64,000 nt of DNA, taken from positions 64,001 through 128,000 of IMG/VR virus record IMGVR_UViG_3300035510_000286. One strand, given 5' to 3'. This document shows, piece after piece, positions 1 through 9,734 of the stretch. Positions within the stretch are counted from its first letter, which is position 1, and every line of letters starts with the position of its first letter. The notes beneath the pieces are model-generated. The model saw only the letters and a list, made by a program, of their open reading frames with translations. It searched no databases and was not told the origin of the DNA. This DNA is from a virus. Taxonomy: Duplodnaviria; Caudoviricetes. The position numbers were made by a program, and so were the translations under genes.

Positions 1-473
1 TATCCTTTTTTCTCCTTCCCTCTCCCCCATTTTCCCAACTCGCTTGACCTTTCAAACACGATTTCCTTCCCCTTCTTAACACGGAAATCCGCAAAATCTA
101 ACTTGTTCAACACAAACATCATATCAATAATCTTCCACTACTCAACTCGTAAACATTCCACTGCATATCCTAAACTAAAACTCTTCTTATCTTGAATCCA
201 TAACAACAACTCCAGACATTCCGCACTTAACCCCACAGACGCTCTCCGCAGTATCTTACCGTCAATTTCAAAATTCTTAACTTCATATCTTTTCTTCTTT
301 TGATTCCAAAATATTTCTTTACCAAGCAGATTCTTAACTCGATTAGAAACCCCAGTCCCGCTTAATCCTAAATCCTTACCTATCTACATATAAGTGAAAT
401 TCTTTTTCTCAATCCAACATATCTTCCCATCGGGAGTACTATGTTCATACAACCATAAAGTCACAGCATCCAT
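1..473 (-). CDS. HTH-containing protein, read through two TAG codons; runs off the window edge
   Basis: Manual translation from ATG at 473: MDAVTLWLYEH...NFTYM(TAG)IGKDLGLSGTGVSNRVKNL, an HTH-like segment if TAG=Gln. No TAA/TGA before position 1. Confidence 0.6.
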
Positions 474-767
474 TTTAACATCTCACTTATCAAAAAATTT
501 TTAAAACTGTTCTTCTCCACTTTTAAGAACAACTCTTAAACTCTTTAAAAAATTACTTATATTCTGAAACAAATTTTGCCCAAATCTCTTCTTTTAATGT
601 AATAATTATACTATAAATTTTATATAAATACAAGTATCTTCCAACCCAGTTCTCTCTTCTCTTGCTAACAAAATTAAAATTTGCAAAAACGAAAAAATTT
701 TGGTATTATATCTACAGAAATAAAGAAGGGCACAAGCCCGACAATCTAAAGCAAAAGGAGTACAACA

Positions 768-1112
768 ATGGACTTCAACGAAATTATCAACTCTTACCTT
801 GAGGAAGGTTACACCGAAGAGCAAATTCGAGAAGCTTTTTCCAACAATCTCGAATCTGCTACTTCCAAAAACTGGTATGCAGATACCAAATTCAATGGTG
901 ATGCAATTTATTCTCTTAAGTGTTACATTGCAAAAATCTATCAAGAAACAAAAGCAAAAGACTCCAAGATCGAGTTCTCCGAGAAAGACCTCAATGATTT
1001 CACAGACCTTGCGGATGAGGCTGTTCGTAGTACACTACTAACCTACTACAAACTCTCTAACTCCGACTTAGCTACTTCTCTGCGGGAGCTGGAGAATCTA
1101 CTCTTCCACTAA
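768..1112 (+). CDS. hypothetical protein
   Basis: 114 aa ORF with AAGGAG RBS and an upstream promoter-like element. Confidence 0.75.
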   Translation: MDFNEIINSYLEEGYTEEQIREAFSNNLESATSKNWYADTKFNGDAIYSLKCYIAKIYQETKAKDSKIEFSEKDLNDFTDLADEAVRSTLLTYYKLSNSDLATSLRELENLLFH

Positions 1113-1220
1113 CCTCGATACTAGCGGCGTTCCCGCTTGCAAAATCTCAAAAAATATTATAAAATAAAATAAAAACAAAACAACGAGGGCGTTAGCCCCC
1201 GAGTAAAGGAGAAAATTAAA

Positions 1221-1613
1221 ATGGAAAAGATTACTAAGCGTGATATGTATAAGGCAATTATCGAATTCGTTGGCGGCGAGGATCTTGCCTATCCCGCAGA
1301 TGATGTTGTTGCATTCTGCGAAGCCGAAATCAATATCCTTGATAAGAAGGCCGAGGCAGCTAAGGCTCGCACAGAAGCTAAGCGCGCAGAGGGTGATGCT
1401 CTTCAGGAGCGCATTTTCTCGGTTCTGTCTACTGAGGAGTTTATGACTGTTGAGGAGATTCTCGCTGCTCTTGATGATGAAGATCTCAGCTCTCAGAAGA
1501 TTATTCCTCGACTGAACAATCTGTTCAAGTTCGACAAGATCGAGAAGGAAGATGTTACTACTCAGAATTCTCAGGGCAAGAATAAGAAGAAGGTTGGTTA
1601 TAAGGCCATCTGA
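1221..1613 (+). CDS. hypothetical protein, probable DNA-binding (winged-helix-like C-terminal half)
   Basis: 130 aa ORF with AAGGAG RBS, followed by a terminator. Confidence 0.7.
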   Translation: MEKITKRDMYKAIIEFVGGEDLAYPADDVVAFCEAEINILDKKAEAAKARTEAKRAEGDALQERIFSVLSTEEFMTVEEILAALDDEDLSSQKIIPRLNNLFKFDKIEKEDVTTQNSQGKNKKKVGYKAI

Positions 1614-1617
1614 TTTT

Positions 1618-1648
1618 AAGGGAGGGCGAAAGCTCTCCCTTTTCTTTT
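1618..1648 (+). terminator. intrinsic terminator
   Basis: AAGGGAGGGC-GAAA-GCTCTCCCTT hairpin followed by T-tract. Confidence 0.8.
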
Positions 1649-1721
1649 CTATAAAATTCGTGGTCACACTTAATTAATCTTATTACATAACTTTTTAATA
1701 AGCGTAGGGAGGTTTTTAGTA

Positions 1722-1895
1722 ATGTCTGAAGAAGTAAAAGACACATATATCAAGCTTAGAGTAACCAAACAAGAGAAAGAAAATCTAAAATATTATTCTG
1801 AAGCTATAGGTCTACCTATATCTCAGCTTATTAGAGAAAGATGTAAGGAGATATTAGAACGAGATGCCGAAACCGACGAAGAATTGTTACATTAA
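1722..1895 (+). CDS. small ribbon-helix-helix-like DNA-binding protein (not in ORF track)
   Basis: GGAGG RBS; MSEEVKDTYIKLRVTKQEKENLKYYSEAIGLPISQLIRE fits the beta-helix-helix pattern. Confidence 0.6.
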   Translation: MSEEVKDTYIKLRVTKQEKENLKYYSEAIGLPISQLIRERCKEILERDAETDEELLH

Positions 1896-2055
1896 ATGTA
1901 GAGTAACAGGAGAAGAAAAAATGATAATTGATTTCTACTCTAAGTATAAAGGTATGACTATAAGCGATTTTGTGCGCTATGGCTGTCAATTAGCTGTTGC
2001 TAAAATAGACGACGAACTTGATGCACTTGAAAATGGACCACAAAATCACGATTAA
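1864..2055 (+). CDS. small ribbon-helix-helix-like DNA-binding protein
   Basis: YIKCRVTGEEKMIIDFYSKYKGMTISDFVR; resembles the preceding ORF. Confidence 0.6.
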   Translation: MPKPTKNCYIKCRVTGEEKMIIDFYSKYKGMTISDFVRYGCQLAVAKIDDELDALENGPQNHD

Positions 2056-2093
2056 TTTATTAACTGTGCCCACATTTTTAGAAAGGAGAAACT

Positions 2094-2771
2094 ATGTCTC
2101 AACAGATATTATCCCGAAGATTATCTTTGGAAGAAGGATTTATGCACTATAATAGTGATGATTTACTATTTGGTGCTATGCAATTTCTCGCTACTTTTCA
2201 TAATCAAGAAAAAATTTTATATCTAACTAAAATTAAATACAAATCTCGCCTTAATGATATTTATGAAATCTGCCAAACTAATCCTCAAAGTAACCGTAGA
2301 CACTTAAAGCGTTTAATGGATAAAGGATTAGTCGCAGAAAAGAATCTCATAATTGGAAATAAAGAATATGCTTGCTATATTTTCCCTTATGACGAGAAAA
2401 CTAAATACCAAATAGTAGATAATAAAATGTTATGGTATGTTATTAGTACTAGAAATCCACAAGCAGTACGAATTTATAACTACTTAGTTAATATCTATAC
2501 TTGGAAAAAGACTAAAGAAAATCAAAATTATATTTTTACTTATAAAGAATTAGCTAAGGTCATAGGATATTCTGACCAAAATAAACTTTCTTTAAGTATT
2601 ATTCGTAATATTCTACATAGCTTCAAAAATGAAGGAATCATAGACTATGAAGAATATTATGATACTCTAACTAAGAGTGACGGAACTACCGTACCAACTC
2701 CTCGCAAAAAACTTACCTTCGTAGCTCTACATGAAAATGAATTATCAAAAAATGAACCTACGGATGATTAA
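2094..2771 (+). CDS. putative replication-initiator-like protein with two winged-helix-like regions
   Basis: RRHLKRLMDKGLV and FTYKELAKVIGYS...ILHSFKNEGIIDY segments; iteron-like repeats overlap its 3' end. Confidence 0.5.
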   Translation: MSQQILSRRLSLEEGFMHYNSDDLLFGAMQFLATFHNQEKILYLTKIKYKSRLNDIYEICQTNPQSNRRHLKRLMDKGLVAEKNLIIGNKEYACYIFPYDEKTKYQIVDNKMLWYVISTRNPQAVRIYNYLVNIYTWKKTKENQNYIFTYKELAKVIGYSDQNKLSLSIIRNILHSFKNEGIIDYEEYYDTLTKSDGTTVPTPRKKLTFVALHENELSKNEPTDD

Positions 2772-2810
2772 AAAATGAACTTACGATATATCAAAAAATG
2801 AACTATATCC
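2744..2810 (+). repeat. three 23-bp-period direct repeats (ATYAAAAAATGAAC core), iteron-like
   Basis: atcaaaaaatgaacctacggatg / attaaaaaatgaacttacgatat / atcaaaaaatgaactatatcc at 2744, 2767 and 2790. Confidence 0.85.
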
Positions 2811-3051
2811 TAATAGTATTACTAATAGTAATATTCCTAATAGGTATTCTTTTCGCTTCGCTCAAAGAATACTAAGAATCTCCCGCATTAAAACAAAAGA
2901 AGAAAGATGTATTATGGTAATACTGCAAAAAAAAGACGTATTACCATAATACACCTCCCATTTTCAATTAAAAATTCCCATCAAGGCGTATAAAACAACT
3001 AACACTAACTCATACAACAAACTCTAATTTATTAAAACAGGAGGGCGTAGA

Positions 3052-3822
3052 ATGAAATATTCTCTAACTGTAGGAAATAAATACCTAGAATCTGCAGATG
3101 AAGTAACGTGCGGATGGAACAGATTAGGAGATGTATATGATCTCGTTAAAAAGAACCCTAACCGCAGATATAGAATCCTATTTCCAGAATCTAGCGAAAC
3201 AGACTATAATAAACTCCTACAACAAGTAACTCTAATTAAAGCATTAACTCCAAATTACACAATAGCAACGAAGGATTTCCATATTCTGCAAAAACTAGTA
3301 AATTCTGGAAACAACGCCTACCTCAATCTCCCCGTTACAGACTGGGATACTTTTTCCCAGCTGGAATCCGCAGGTGTATCTGATATTCTAGTAGCAGGAC
3401 CCCTAGGTTTTCAAATGAATACCATCGCCCGCCGCAAATCTCAATCCAGTATTGTCATCAGAGCCCGTCCCGCACACCCTTCCACACTTCTTCCTACTGT
3501 TTCAATCTCTGACTTCTACATCCGTCCAGAAGATCTTCAATACTACACTGCAATTGACTACTTAGAATTTGATGTCATCTATCGTGATGAAGAAGAATCT
3601 TTCTATTCTCTTTACCAAAAGCCTTCATTTCCCTTCAATCTCTCTCTCCTGATTCATGACCTAGAACCTTCAGTACCAAGTATCTACATTCCCGCAGAAT
3701 TTGGAGAACAAAGAGCAAACTGCGGGCAGCGGTGCCGTGAAGCGCCTCAAAGCTGTAGATTTTGTACTACTTGCGCGCGATCCGCAGCTATGATGGAACT
3801 TTATTCTAAGTCACAATCTTAA
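3052..3822 (+). CDS. conserved-looking phage protein with C-terminal Cys cluster (possibly U32-peptidase-like Fe-S)
   Basis: 256 aa; RANCGQRCREAPQSCRFCTTC. Confidence 0.55.
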   Translation: MKYSLTVGNKYLESADEVTCGWNRLGDVYDLVKKNPNRRYRILFPESSETDYNKLLQQVTLIKALTPNYTIATKDFHILQKLVNSGNNAYLNLPVTDWDTFSQLESAGVSDILVAGPLGFQMNTIARRKSQSSIVIRARPAHPSTLLPTVSISDFYIRPEDLQYYTAIDYLEFDVIYRDEEESFYSLYQKPSFPFNLSLLIHDLEPSVPSIYIPAEFGEQRANCGQRCREAPQSCRFCTTCARSAAMMELYSKSQS

Positions 3823-3875
3823 TTTATTTATAATAAAAAATATAATATTATATTTATATAAAGAAGGAGGGCCTT

Positions 3876-5252
3876 ATGGATATTAACGAAATTACAAATC
3901 AGATAGAAGCAGTTATCTCCAATGTTGAGGATTTTGGGGAGCGGGAACCAGATTTTGGTAAAATTGTAAATTTATGGAAAATCCGCAAGGCCCGTTTCAT
4001 CGAACTCTTTGGCGGAGAACCCATCTATGAAATTCCTGACTCTATTACTATTGAATTAAATGAAGAACAAAAGACTCAAATGTTTAGTAAACTACTGAGT
4101 CAGATGTCTCACGAAGGCGCCGATGAAAGATTCATCGAGTTCCTTGAAAAGAATGGATCTAGCTTTTACGAAAATCGAGTCTCCTATCCCGCCGAAGGAA
4201 CCAATATGAAGGAAGGGGCTAAATTGCTAAAGTCCTTCAAATACGTTCTTCCTCCTGATTCTTTGCGGAAGTGTCAAGATATCGCATCGCGAGTAATCCA
4301 ACAGAACAAAGTAACAGGAAAACTTTGCTTCTCAGTACATCCACTAGATTATATTACTATTTCCCAGAATAATTGCGGATGGAGTAGTTGCCACTACATT
4401 GAGGGAGATTATCGTGCGGGTAATTTCTCCTATATGCTAGATTCTTCTACTGTTGTTGTATATCTTAAAACAGAAGAAGATACTCATCTTAAGTATTTTC
4501 CCGAAGAACTTGAGTGGAATAACAAAATTTGGCGTATGCTAATTCACATTACTAAATCTGGGAAAATAATCCATTACAATAAGCAGTATCCATTCTTTTC
4601 TTCTGTTTTAATGGATGAAGTTAGACGCAACTACCCTGGACCGCGGCAAGACGATCTTGAATGTACCGGCTTCAGCAAGATTGATAACGACTCTGGGACT
4701 CACTTTCCGCAAGTACCCGGATTTATTTTAAATGGTTTTATCACTTCTTATGACGATATTGTGGAAGATAAAAGCGATACTTTAGCTTACAATGACATCT
4801 TAGCTTGTAACAATTTTAATCCTTATCTTTCTCATGCAAGAAGTATTACTCTTTTAAACTACTCACGTGAGGACCGCAAAGCTACTAAAGAAAAATTGCA
4901 AGTAAAAGTAGGTTCTTTAGTACCTTGTCCCTGCTGTGATAAAACTCTCGATGATTCTGAACATTATATCTGTACTTCTTGCGCAGAAGCTGCTCAAAGA
5001 TTTGAACTTGGTCTTGACCTATGTGATAATTGTAAAGATGAATTTTATAAAGAAGAATTGATAGAATTTAAAGGAAAAAAGTATTGCGCCGAATGTTTCT
5101 TTGAAATGGAAGAACTCGATCGAGAAGAAAGAGGCGTACAACTTTGTTATTGGTGTGGAGAAGAGTACGATATTGAAGATATGAGGATGTTGGATGATGA
5201 ACCCCATTGTCCGCACTGCTATGAAGAAAGGATGGCGAAATTAAATGATTGA
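3876..5252 (+). CDS. hypothetical protein with C-terminal Zn-finger repeats
   Basis: 458 aa; SVHPLDYITIS...WSSCH motif and multiple CxxC pairs. Confidence 0.7.
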   Translation: MDINEITNQIEAVISNVEDFGEREPDFGKIVNLWKIRKARFIELFGGEPIYEIPDSITIELNEEQKTQMFSKLLSQMSHEGADERFIEFLEKNGSSFYENRVSYPAEGTNMKEGAKLLKSFKYVLPPDSLRKCQDIASRVIQQNKVTGKLCFSVHPLDYITISQNNCGWSSCHYIEGDYRAGNFSYMLDSSTVVVYLKTEEDTHLKYFPEELEWNNKIWRMLIHITKSGKIIHYNKQYPFFSSVLMDEVRRNYPGPRQDDLECTGFSKIDNDSGTHFPQVPGFILNGFITSYDDIVEDKSDTLAYNDILACNNFNPYLSHARSITLLNYSREDRKATKEKLQVKVGSLVPCPCCDKTLDDSEHYICTSCAEAAQRFELGLDLCDNCKDEFYKEELIEFKGKKYCAECFFEMEELDREERGVQLCYWCGEEYDIEDMRMLDDEPHCPHCYEERMAKLND

Positions 5253-5399
5253 TGTAATTATGGGCGTTGTATGGGCCTGTTTCGGTGGAGTAGATGTATA
5301 TCTCTCCCTGAATGGCCGACCCGACTGCGTGGTAGGAACAGTTCCTTGTTTCTTCCTGGCTATTCTGCATTTTATGAGTATTATCTAAGGAGGATATTT

Positions 5400-5705
5400 A
5401 TGGCACGTAGAGGCGATATTGCACGTGAAAAGGTTGTAAAGACTATTACAGAAGCTTTTGGGGACGCATATCTAGGAACAGAAGCGAAGAAGCTATACGT
5501 GGTAGCGGATGACGGAGGTGAGAAGATTCAGTTTTCTATTAGCATCACAATGCCGAAAGCTGAATTTGATCCTGCGCGAGCCGAAGCTCCAAAGCCCGCC
5601 AACCCTAACGATTGGACCACCGATGACCCCGCTCCGAAGAAAGTTGAACCTACTGCCGCGGACCAAGCGAAAGTTGATTCTCTTCTAAAGATGTTGGGCC
5701 TTTAA
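5400..5705 (+). CDS. hypothetical protein
   Basis: GGAGG RBS before ATG 5400 (MARRGDIAREKV). Confidence 0.7.
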   Translation: MARRGDIAREKVVKTITEAFGDAYLGTEAKKLYVVADDGGEKIQFSISITMPKAEFDPARAEAPKPANPNDWTTDDPAPKKVEPTAADQAKVDSLLKMLGL

Positions 5706-5805
5706 CTCTTCTTTTGATTTTAAAGCTCTGCGGATGCAGAGCTTTTTATTTTTTTAAAAAAATACATTATAATATTTATAGAAAGTAAGGAGAGGAGAAA
5801 AGTTC

Positions 5806-6042
5806 ATGGAGATTTCTAAAGAGGATGCAAAAATTTTGTTAAGCACTATCAAAGAACTTAAACAGCAGAAGCGGCAACTCTTAGATGCTCTTCTTATCGC
5901 TGGAAAATATGCACGAGAGAATCTTCCTGCTGCTTTTCCTTCTGATTCTTATTATGCCAATATCTACGTTAATGGCACAAACCGTGACCCCGAAGGTAGA
6001 GAATTCGCAAATTACTGGTTCCATTTAGCTAGAAAGGATTGA
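5806..6042 (+). CDS. hypothetical protein
   Basis: ORF with RBS downstream of a promoter motif. Confidence 0.65.
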   Translation: MEISKEDAKILLSTIKELKQQKRQLLDALLIAGKYARENLPAAFPSDSYYANIYVNGTNRDPEGREFANYWFHLARKD

Positions 6043-6046
6043 TATT

Positions 6047-6520
6047 ATGTCAACAGCACCTTCTTTTGCAAACTACAAGCGTCTTTCTGACCCATACGAG
6101 AAAAATGGAAAGATGTACATAGATGTCGAGCATCCCAATACCAAGAATCGACGCGCCGTCCGCTGGTATACTGAGGGTGAGGTAGCTAAGAATTACGGGA
6201 AGAAAATCAAGGAAGAAGAACCTAAAGATTTAAAGCGGGTGCGCGGATTTTCTAAAGGTCCAATTCTCGTTATTCGTGGGATTCGTACTAAAGCAGATGA
6301 AGAATGGTGTCAACTTTCTAATGCACGATATGCAGTAGGTATTGGATGGCATATTGTCTCAGAAGAAAGCCTCCCTGAGCAGTGGCCACCGCATTTTAAA
6401 TTCCTTCTGCTTGGATGGAATGAAGCTTCTTATGATGATAAGCATCTTAAATCTGCAAGCGACATTGCGAATATCCTTACAGCTAAAGAAAAGAAAGGGG
6501 AGTATATTAGCTTTGGGTGA
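6047..6520 (+). CDS. hypothetical protein
   Basis: 157 aa ORF in operon context. Confidence 0.7.
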   Translation: MSTAPSFANYKRLSDPYEKNGKMYIDVEHPNTKNRRAVRWYTEGEVAKNYGKKIKEEEPKDLKRVRGFSKGPILVIRGIRTKADEEWCQLSNARYAVGIGWHIVSEESLPEQWPPHFKFLLLGWNEASYDDKHLKSASDIANILTAKEKKGEYISFG

Positions 6521-6737
6521 TTTAACAGCAGTCTGTACTGTTCATTTCTTCGTAGATAGCGAAGAATTAAAAGACAATATTGTTATGACTAATGTAAGTT
6601 CTTTAGTAGAAGTTAGTGAAAGACTTTATGCTTACTACAAAGATGATTTATATAGCGTAACTATTTCGCTTATCGACTCTACTTTCCTTGAAATTACTGA
6701 TGAAGAAAAGGAGAAAATTCTAAATGGAAAAGATTGA
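6513..6737 (+). CDS. hypothetical protein
   Basis: TTG start after GGGGAG; translationally coupled to neighbours. Confidence 0.5.
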   Translation: MGDLTAVCTVHFFVDSEELKDNIVMTNVSSLVEVSERLYAYYKDDLYSVTISLIDSTFLEITDEEKEKILNGKD

Positions 6738-7155
6738 AATCTATAGAGCAGAAGATGGAACTGATTTCGAGGATGAAAACTCCTGTATCGCATATGAAGT
6801 AGGTCTTAAACTAAAGGGAGTACAGGGAGAACTTTTCCTCTACGATTGCGATGGAGAAATTATGCCTAATGAAGATGTCGAACTTGATGAAGTTGATTTT
6901 ATTCATTTTGTGACTCCAAGAGCCGTTGAAGTACTTACCCAGATTAATGACCTTCAGGACTATTATATGCCTGAAGAACTGAGATATGCGGAAGCTCCTG
7001 CGTATTTCTTCTATGACTGCGGAGAAGGCGATTGGAGGAATCTGAAAGAAGAATACGAAAGACTGGATAGCTATGCTGAGGTTATGGGCGCGAGAAGATC
7101 TTCCTTCATTTTTGACGTTGATAATGATGGAGAGTGGACTCAGTTACAAGATTGA
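6724..7155 (+). CDS. hypothetical acidic protein, paralog of the next gene
   Basis: N-terminus IYRAEDGTDFEDENSCIAYE. Confidence 0.7.
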   Translation: MEKIEIYRAEDGTDFEDENSCIAYEVGLKLKGVQGELFLYDCDGEIMPNEDVELDEVDFIHFVTPRAVEVLTQINDLQDYYMPEELRYAEAPAYFFYDCGEGDWRNLKEEYERLDSYAEVMGARRSSFIFDVDNDGEWTQLQD

Positions 7156-7187
7156 GCATTTCCAGATTTTGGTAGAGGAGGTAAAAT

Positions 7188-7565
7188 ATGGAAATCGTCT
7201 ATAGAGCGGTCGATGGCATTTATTTTATAACTAGAGAAGCCTGTGAGAAATACGAACTCGAGAAATATAAAGATGAAATTCATCTTTATAGCAAAGATTT
7301 TGAACCTTTGGCATTAAACCACGATTATCTTGAATTTGTAGTTTATTGCTATTGCGAAACAGACGAAGCGGCTGTAGCTTTGCACGATTTCTATGAGGCT
7401 GACTTAACTTGGGTCTCGCCTTATCACGAATTTAAGCAGCCGACCGCGGGTATCTATTATTACAGTAATAATTACAATAAATTCCTTAAACTTGAAGATG
7501 AAATGACTCGTCTAAATAACATCAAAGAAAGAGTGTTGGACAAAAGCATTAAATTTATTAAATAA
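7188..7565 (+). CDS. hypothetical protein, paralog of the previous gene
   Basis: N-terminus VYRAVDGIYFITREACEKYE. Confidence 0.7.
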   Translation: MEIVYRAVDGIYFITREACEKYELEKYKDEIHLYSKDFEPLALNHDYLEFVVYCYCETDEAAVALHDFYEADLTWVSPYHEFKQPTAGIYYYSNNYNKFLKLEDEMTRLNNIKERVLDKSIKFIK

Positions 7566-7587
7566 AATTTTAAAAGGAGATATAGCT

Positions 7588-7770
7588 ATGCTGATTAAAG
7601 TTGATATGCAGTCCCCTAAGACTTGTGCACAGTCTATTTGTAACCTCGATATTAACCTCTCTAAACCTGCGGAAGCCGCCGATGCCATTAAGAACTCTGT
7701 TATCTTTCCTTTTGCTTATCGCAATGGGATTTCTGAAACAAAAGTAAAGTGGAACTGGGAGGTATGTTAA
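7588..7770 (+). CDS. hypothetical protein
   Basis: 60 aa ORF with AAGGAG RBS. Confidence 0.55.
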   Translation: MLIKVDMQSPKTCAQSICNLDINLSKPAEAADAIKNSVIFPFAYRNGISETKVKWNWEVC

Positions 7771-8258
7771 TGCAAGACATTATTGAAATTCAGGGCTATA
7801 AACTCCTTATCCTCGATGAAAATAGATTCTGCTATAAAGTTATGGTTTTAAACTCTGAACTGACTAGTACTTATACTAACATCGTAGAGGAATGTGATTA
7901 TTGGTTTAAAACATTTCCTCTTAAGAACATGGTAACTGAACTTAGAGAGGTAAGTAATACTCCTCTATATGGTGAGTGTAAGGGTGGAAAAGTCGGGCTG
8001 TGTTTACCTCTTTCTTTTGATGAATATCGTGAATATCAAGATATTATAGCGAAGTGTGATGAAGAAATTCAAACTTTGTTTTTTACACCTTGGAATGATA
8101 AAGAAGGTGCGGTAATGCTGAAAGGTGAAATTACTCATATAGGAAGAGACTCTATTGTTCCTGTTGCTCCTGTTATTAAGATTTCAAAGGATGCCCTGCT
8201 ACTTTCTTCTGCTTCTACCGAGGCTTTAATTGAAGAACTGCGCAAAAGAGTTCTTTGA
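7770..8258 (+). CDS. hypothetical protein
   Basis: GGAGG RBS; ATG overlaps the previous stop. Confidence 0.65.
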   Translation: MQDIIEIQGYKLLILDENRFCYKVMVLNSELTSTYTNIVEECDYWFKTFPLKNMVTELREVSNTPLYGECKGGKVGLCLPLSFDEYREYQDIIAKCDEEIQTLFFTPWNDKEGAVMLKGEITHIGRDSIVPVAPVIKISKDALLLSSASTEALIEELRKRVL

Positions 8259-8297
8259 AATTTTAAGAAATTTATTATATAATGTATATAGAAAGTG
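8255..8297 (+). promoter_or_regulatory. sigmaA-type promoter with conserved downstream TATAGAAAG element
   Basis: TTGAAA-17-TATAAT-GTATATAGAAAG; same layout at 8720, 9494 and 18713, with variants at 15791, 33378 and 39317. Confidence 0.75.
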
Positions 8298-8308
8298 AGG
8301 GAACCGAT

Positions 8309-8548
8309 ATGAGTTATTTCAGTTATGAAGTTAAGGTTTATTCTACGGAAGCTTGCGCAATACTTGAATCTTATCAAGGTATCGTAACTGCTGAGGATTA
8401 CCATGAAGCTATGGATCAAGTGATGGATTTCTATGGGGCTGAATATCTTAGTAGTATTCGTCTTGAGGACTGGGAAACTGAGGGCACGGTTCTTGAGCTT
8501 ACCGAACAGGCAATTCGTGACTTGAGAGGAGACGAAGTAAATGGATAA
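8309..8548 (+). CDS. hypothetical acidic protein
   Basis: ATG after GAGGGA, downstream of promoter. Confidence 0.65.
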   Translation: MSYFSYEVKVYSTEACAILESYQGIVTAEDYHEAMDQVMDFYGAEYLSSIRLEDWETEGTVLELTEQAIRDLRGDEVNG

Positions 8549-8719
8549 GAATGTGCGGAAATTGCGGCTCGAAAACCGCATTAACCTGCTGCAAAATAAA
8601 GGTGACTTTAATCAGCGAATCGTGAATAAGTTGAAGCGGGAACTGAGAAAATTCTAGGAATTAAAGTTTACTAGTATTGAGCTAGTAGATGGAAGCAGAA
8701 ATGTAGCGATAAAAATTCT

Positions 8720-8762
8720 TTGATATAAAATAAAAAATATTATATAATATCTATAGAAAGTT
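8720..8762 (+). promoter_or_regulatory. sigmaA-type promoter upstream of tRNA cluster
   Basis: TTGATA-17-TATAAT-ATCTATAGAAAG. Confidence 0.7.
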
Positions 8763-8975
8763 GAGGGAAGGCAATGTTTGAAATGATTCATTTCACTGGC
8801 AACGACCATGAGATTCATCGAGTGTATAATACCTACGATGAAGCGATTGATGAATATAATAGAATGAGGCTTCATGGACTTATCTATGAGAATGTTGTTA
8901 TTGTCGATCTCTCGACCGGAGAAGTCGCTTATGACCATTTAGATGGTTGACTGCTAGGAAAGACTAGCTCGATAA

Positions 8976-9061
8976 GGCGGTGTGATGAAACCGGTAGACA
9001 TAGCGGACTTAAAATCCGCTGGCTTTATGCCGTAAGGGTTCAAGTCCCTTCACCGCTACCA
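8976..9061 (+). tRNA. tRNA-Leu(TAA)
   Basis: Cloverleaf; anticodon arm GCGGA-CTTAAAA-TCCGC, long variable arm, encoded CCA. Confidence 0.92.
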
Positions 9062-9155
9062 GTCGGCCTCCTTGGAGTGGAGGGGCCAAGATATTAGTTC
9101 TACGGAGCTAATAGGATAAAGTAAAGATGCGTCTTGAAATATCAAACTCCATTAT

Positions 9156-9233
9156 GCAGGAGTGACGCAATGTGGTAGACGTAGCTGTCTCAAAAACAGC
9201 ATATTTTGGGTTCGAGTCCCATCTCCTGTACCA
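9156..9233 (+). tRNA. tRNA-Leu(CAA), short variable loop
   Basis: GCTGT-CTCAAAA-ACAGC; TTCGAGT T-loop; CCA. Confidence 0.85.
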
Positions 9234-9237
9234 TTAT

Positions 9238-9310
9238 GCAGGATTGGCGTAATGCAGCGTATTTGCTCAAAAGGCAAAGAATAGAGGTTCAAATCCTCTA
9301 TCCTGCACAA
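9238..9310 (+). tRNA. degenerate or pseudo-tRNA, anticodon undetermined
   Basis: Acceptor GCAGGAT/ATCCTGC and T-arm intact; loop TCAAAAG lacks U33; ends ACAA. Confidence 0.55.
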
Positions 9311-9313
9311 TAT

Positions 9314-9387
9314 GCGGATGTAGTTCAACGATAGAACGCTAGCCTTCCAAGCTAGATATGAGGGTTTGATTCCCTTCGTTCGCTCCA
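9314..9387 (+). tRNA. tRNA-Gly(TCC)
   Basis: CTAGC-CTTCCAA-GCTAG; CCA. Confidence 0.9.
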
Positions 9388-9493
9388 CGGTAGTCTTTAA
9401 TCTACCTAATTTTAGTTCTTTACTGATATAAACTCCTTTTTAGTATAGAGGTTTAAGCCGAGGGTTTCTCTATAATATAAACTTCGGCATCTT

Positions 9494-9535
9494 TTGAAAT
9501 TTAATAAAAAATATTATATAATATCTATAGAAATT
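9494..9535 (+). promoter_or_regulatory. sigmaA-type promoter
   Basis: TTGAAA-17-TATAAT-ATCTATAGAAA. Confidence 0.7.
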
Positions 9536-9656
9536 AAGAAGAGCGTACTAAGGAGGAAGCAAAATGTTTGACGATTTTGATACTCAGATTCAGAGTGACG
9601 AGATGGCATGGAAATATGAGCTTCTTGAGGAGTTTGCGGAAGAGTTAGCTACAGAT

Positions 9657-9734
9657 GTTCCGGTAGTCCAATCGGCAGGAGACAAATGATTTAGGTTCAT
9701 TTCAGTGAGAGTTCGAGTCTCTCTCGGAACACCA
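9657..9734 (+). tRNA. tRNA-Leu(TAG), short variable loop
   Basis: AATGA-TTTAGGT-TCATT; TTCGAGT; CCA. Confidence 0.85.

Noticed and set aside
2744-2810. Repeats as a CRISPR array
   Set aside because: 23-bp period with no unique spacers, and no cas genes in the window.
9238-9310. Possible opal (TCA) suppressor tRNA that would explain the helicase TGA
   Set aside because: In the loop TCAAAAG, TCA occupies positions 32-34, not the anticodon; it looks like a degenerate copy of the neighbouring Leu tRNA.
9152-9388. Minus-strand ORFs over tRNA clusters (also 16036-16230)
   Set aside because: They are reverse complements of tRNA genes.
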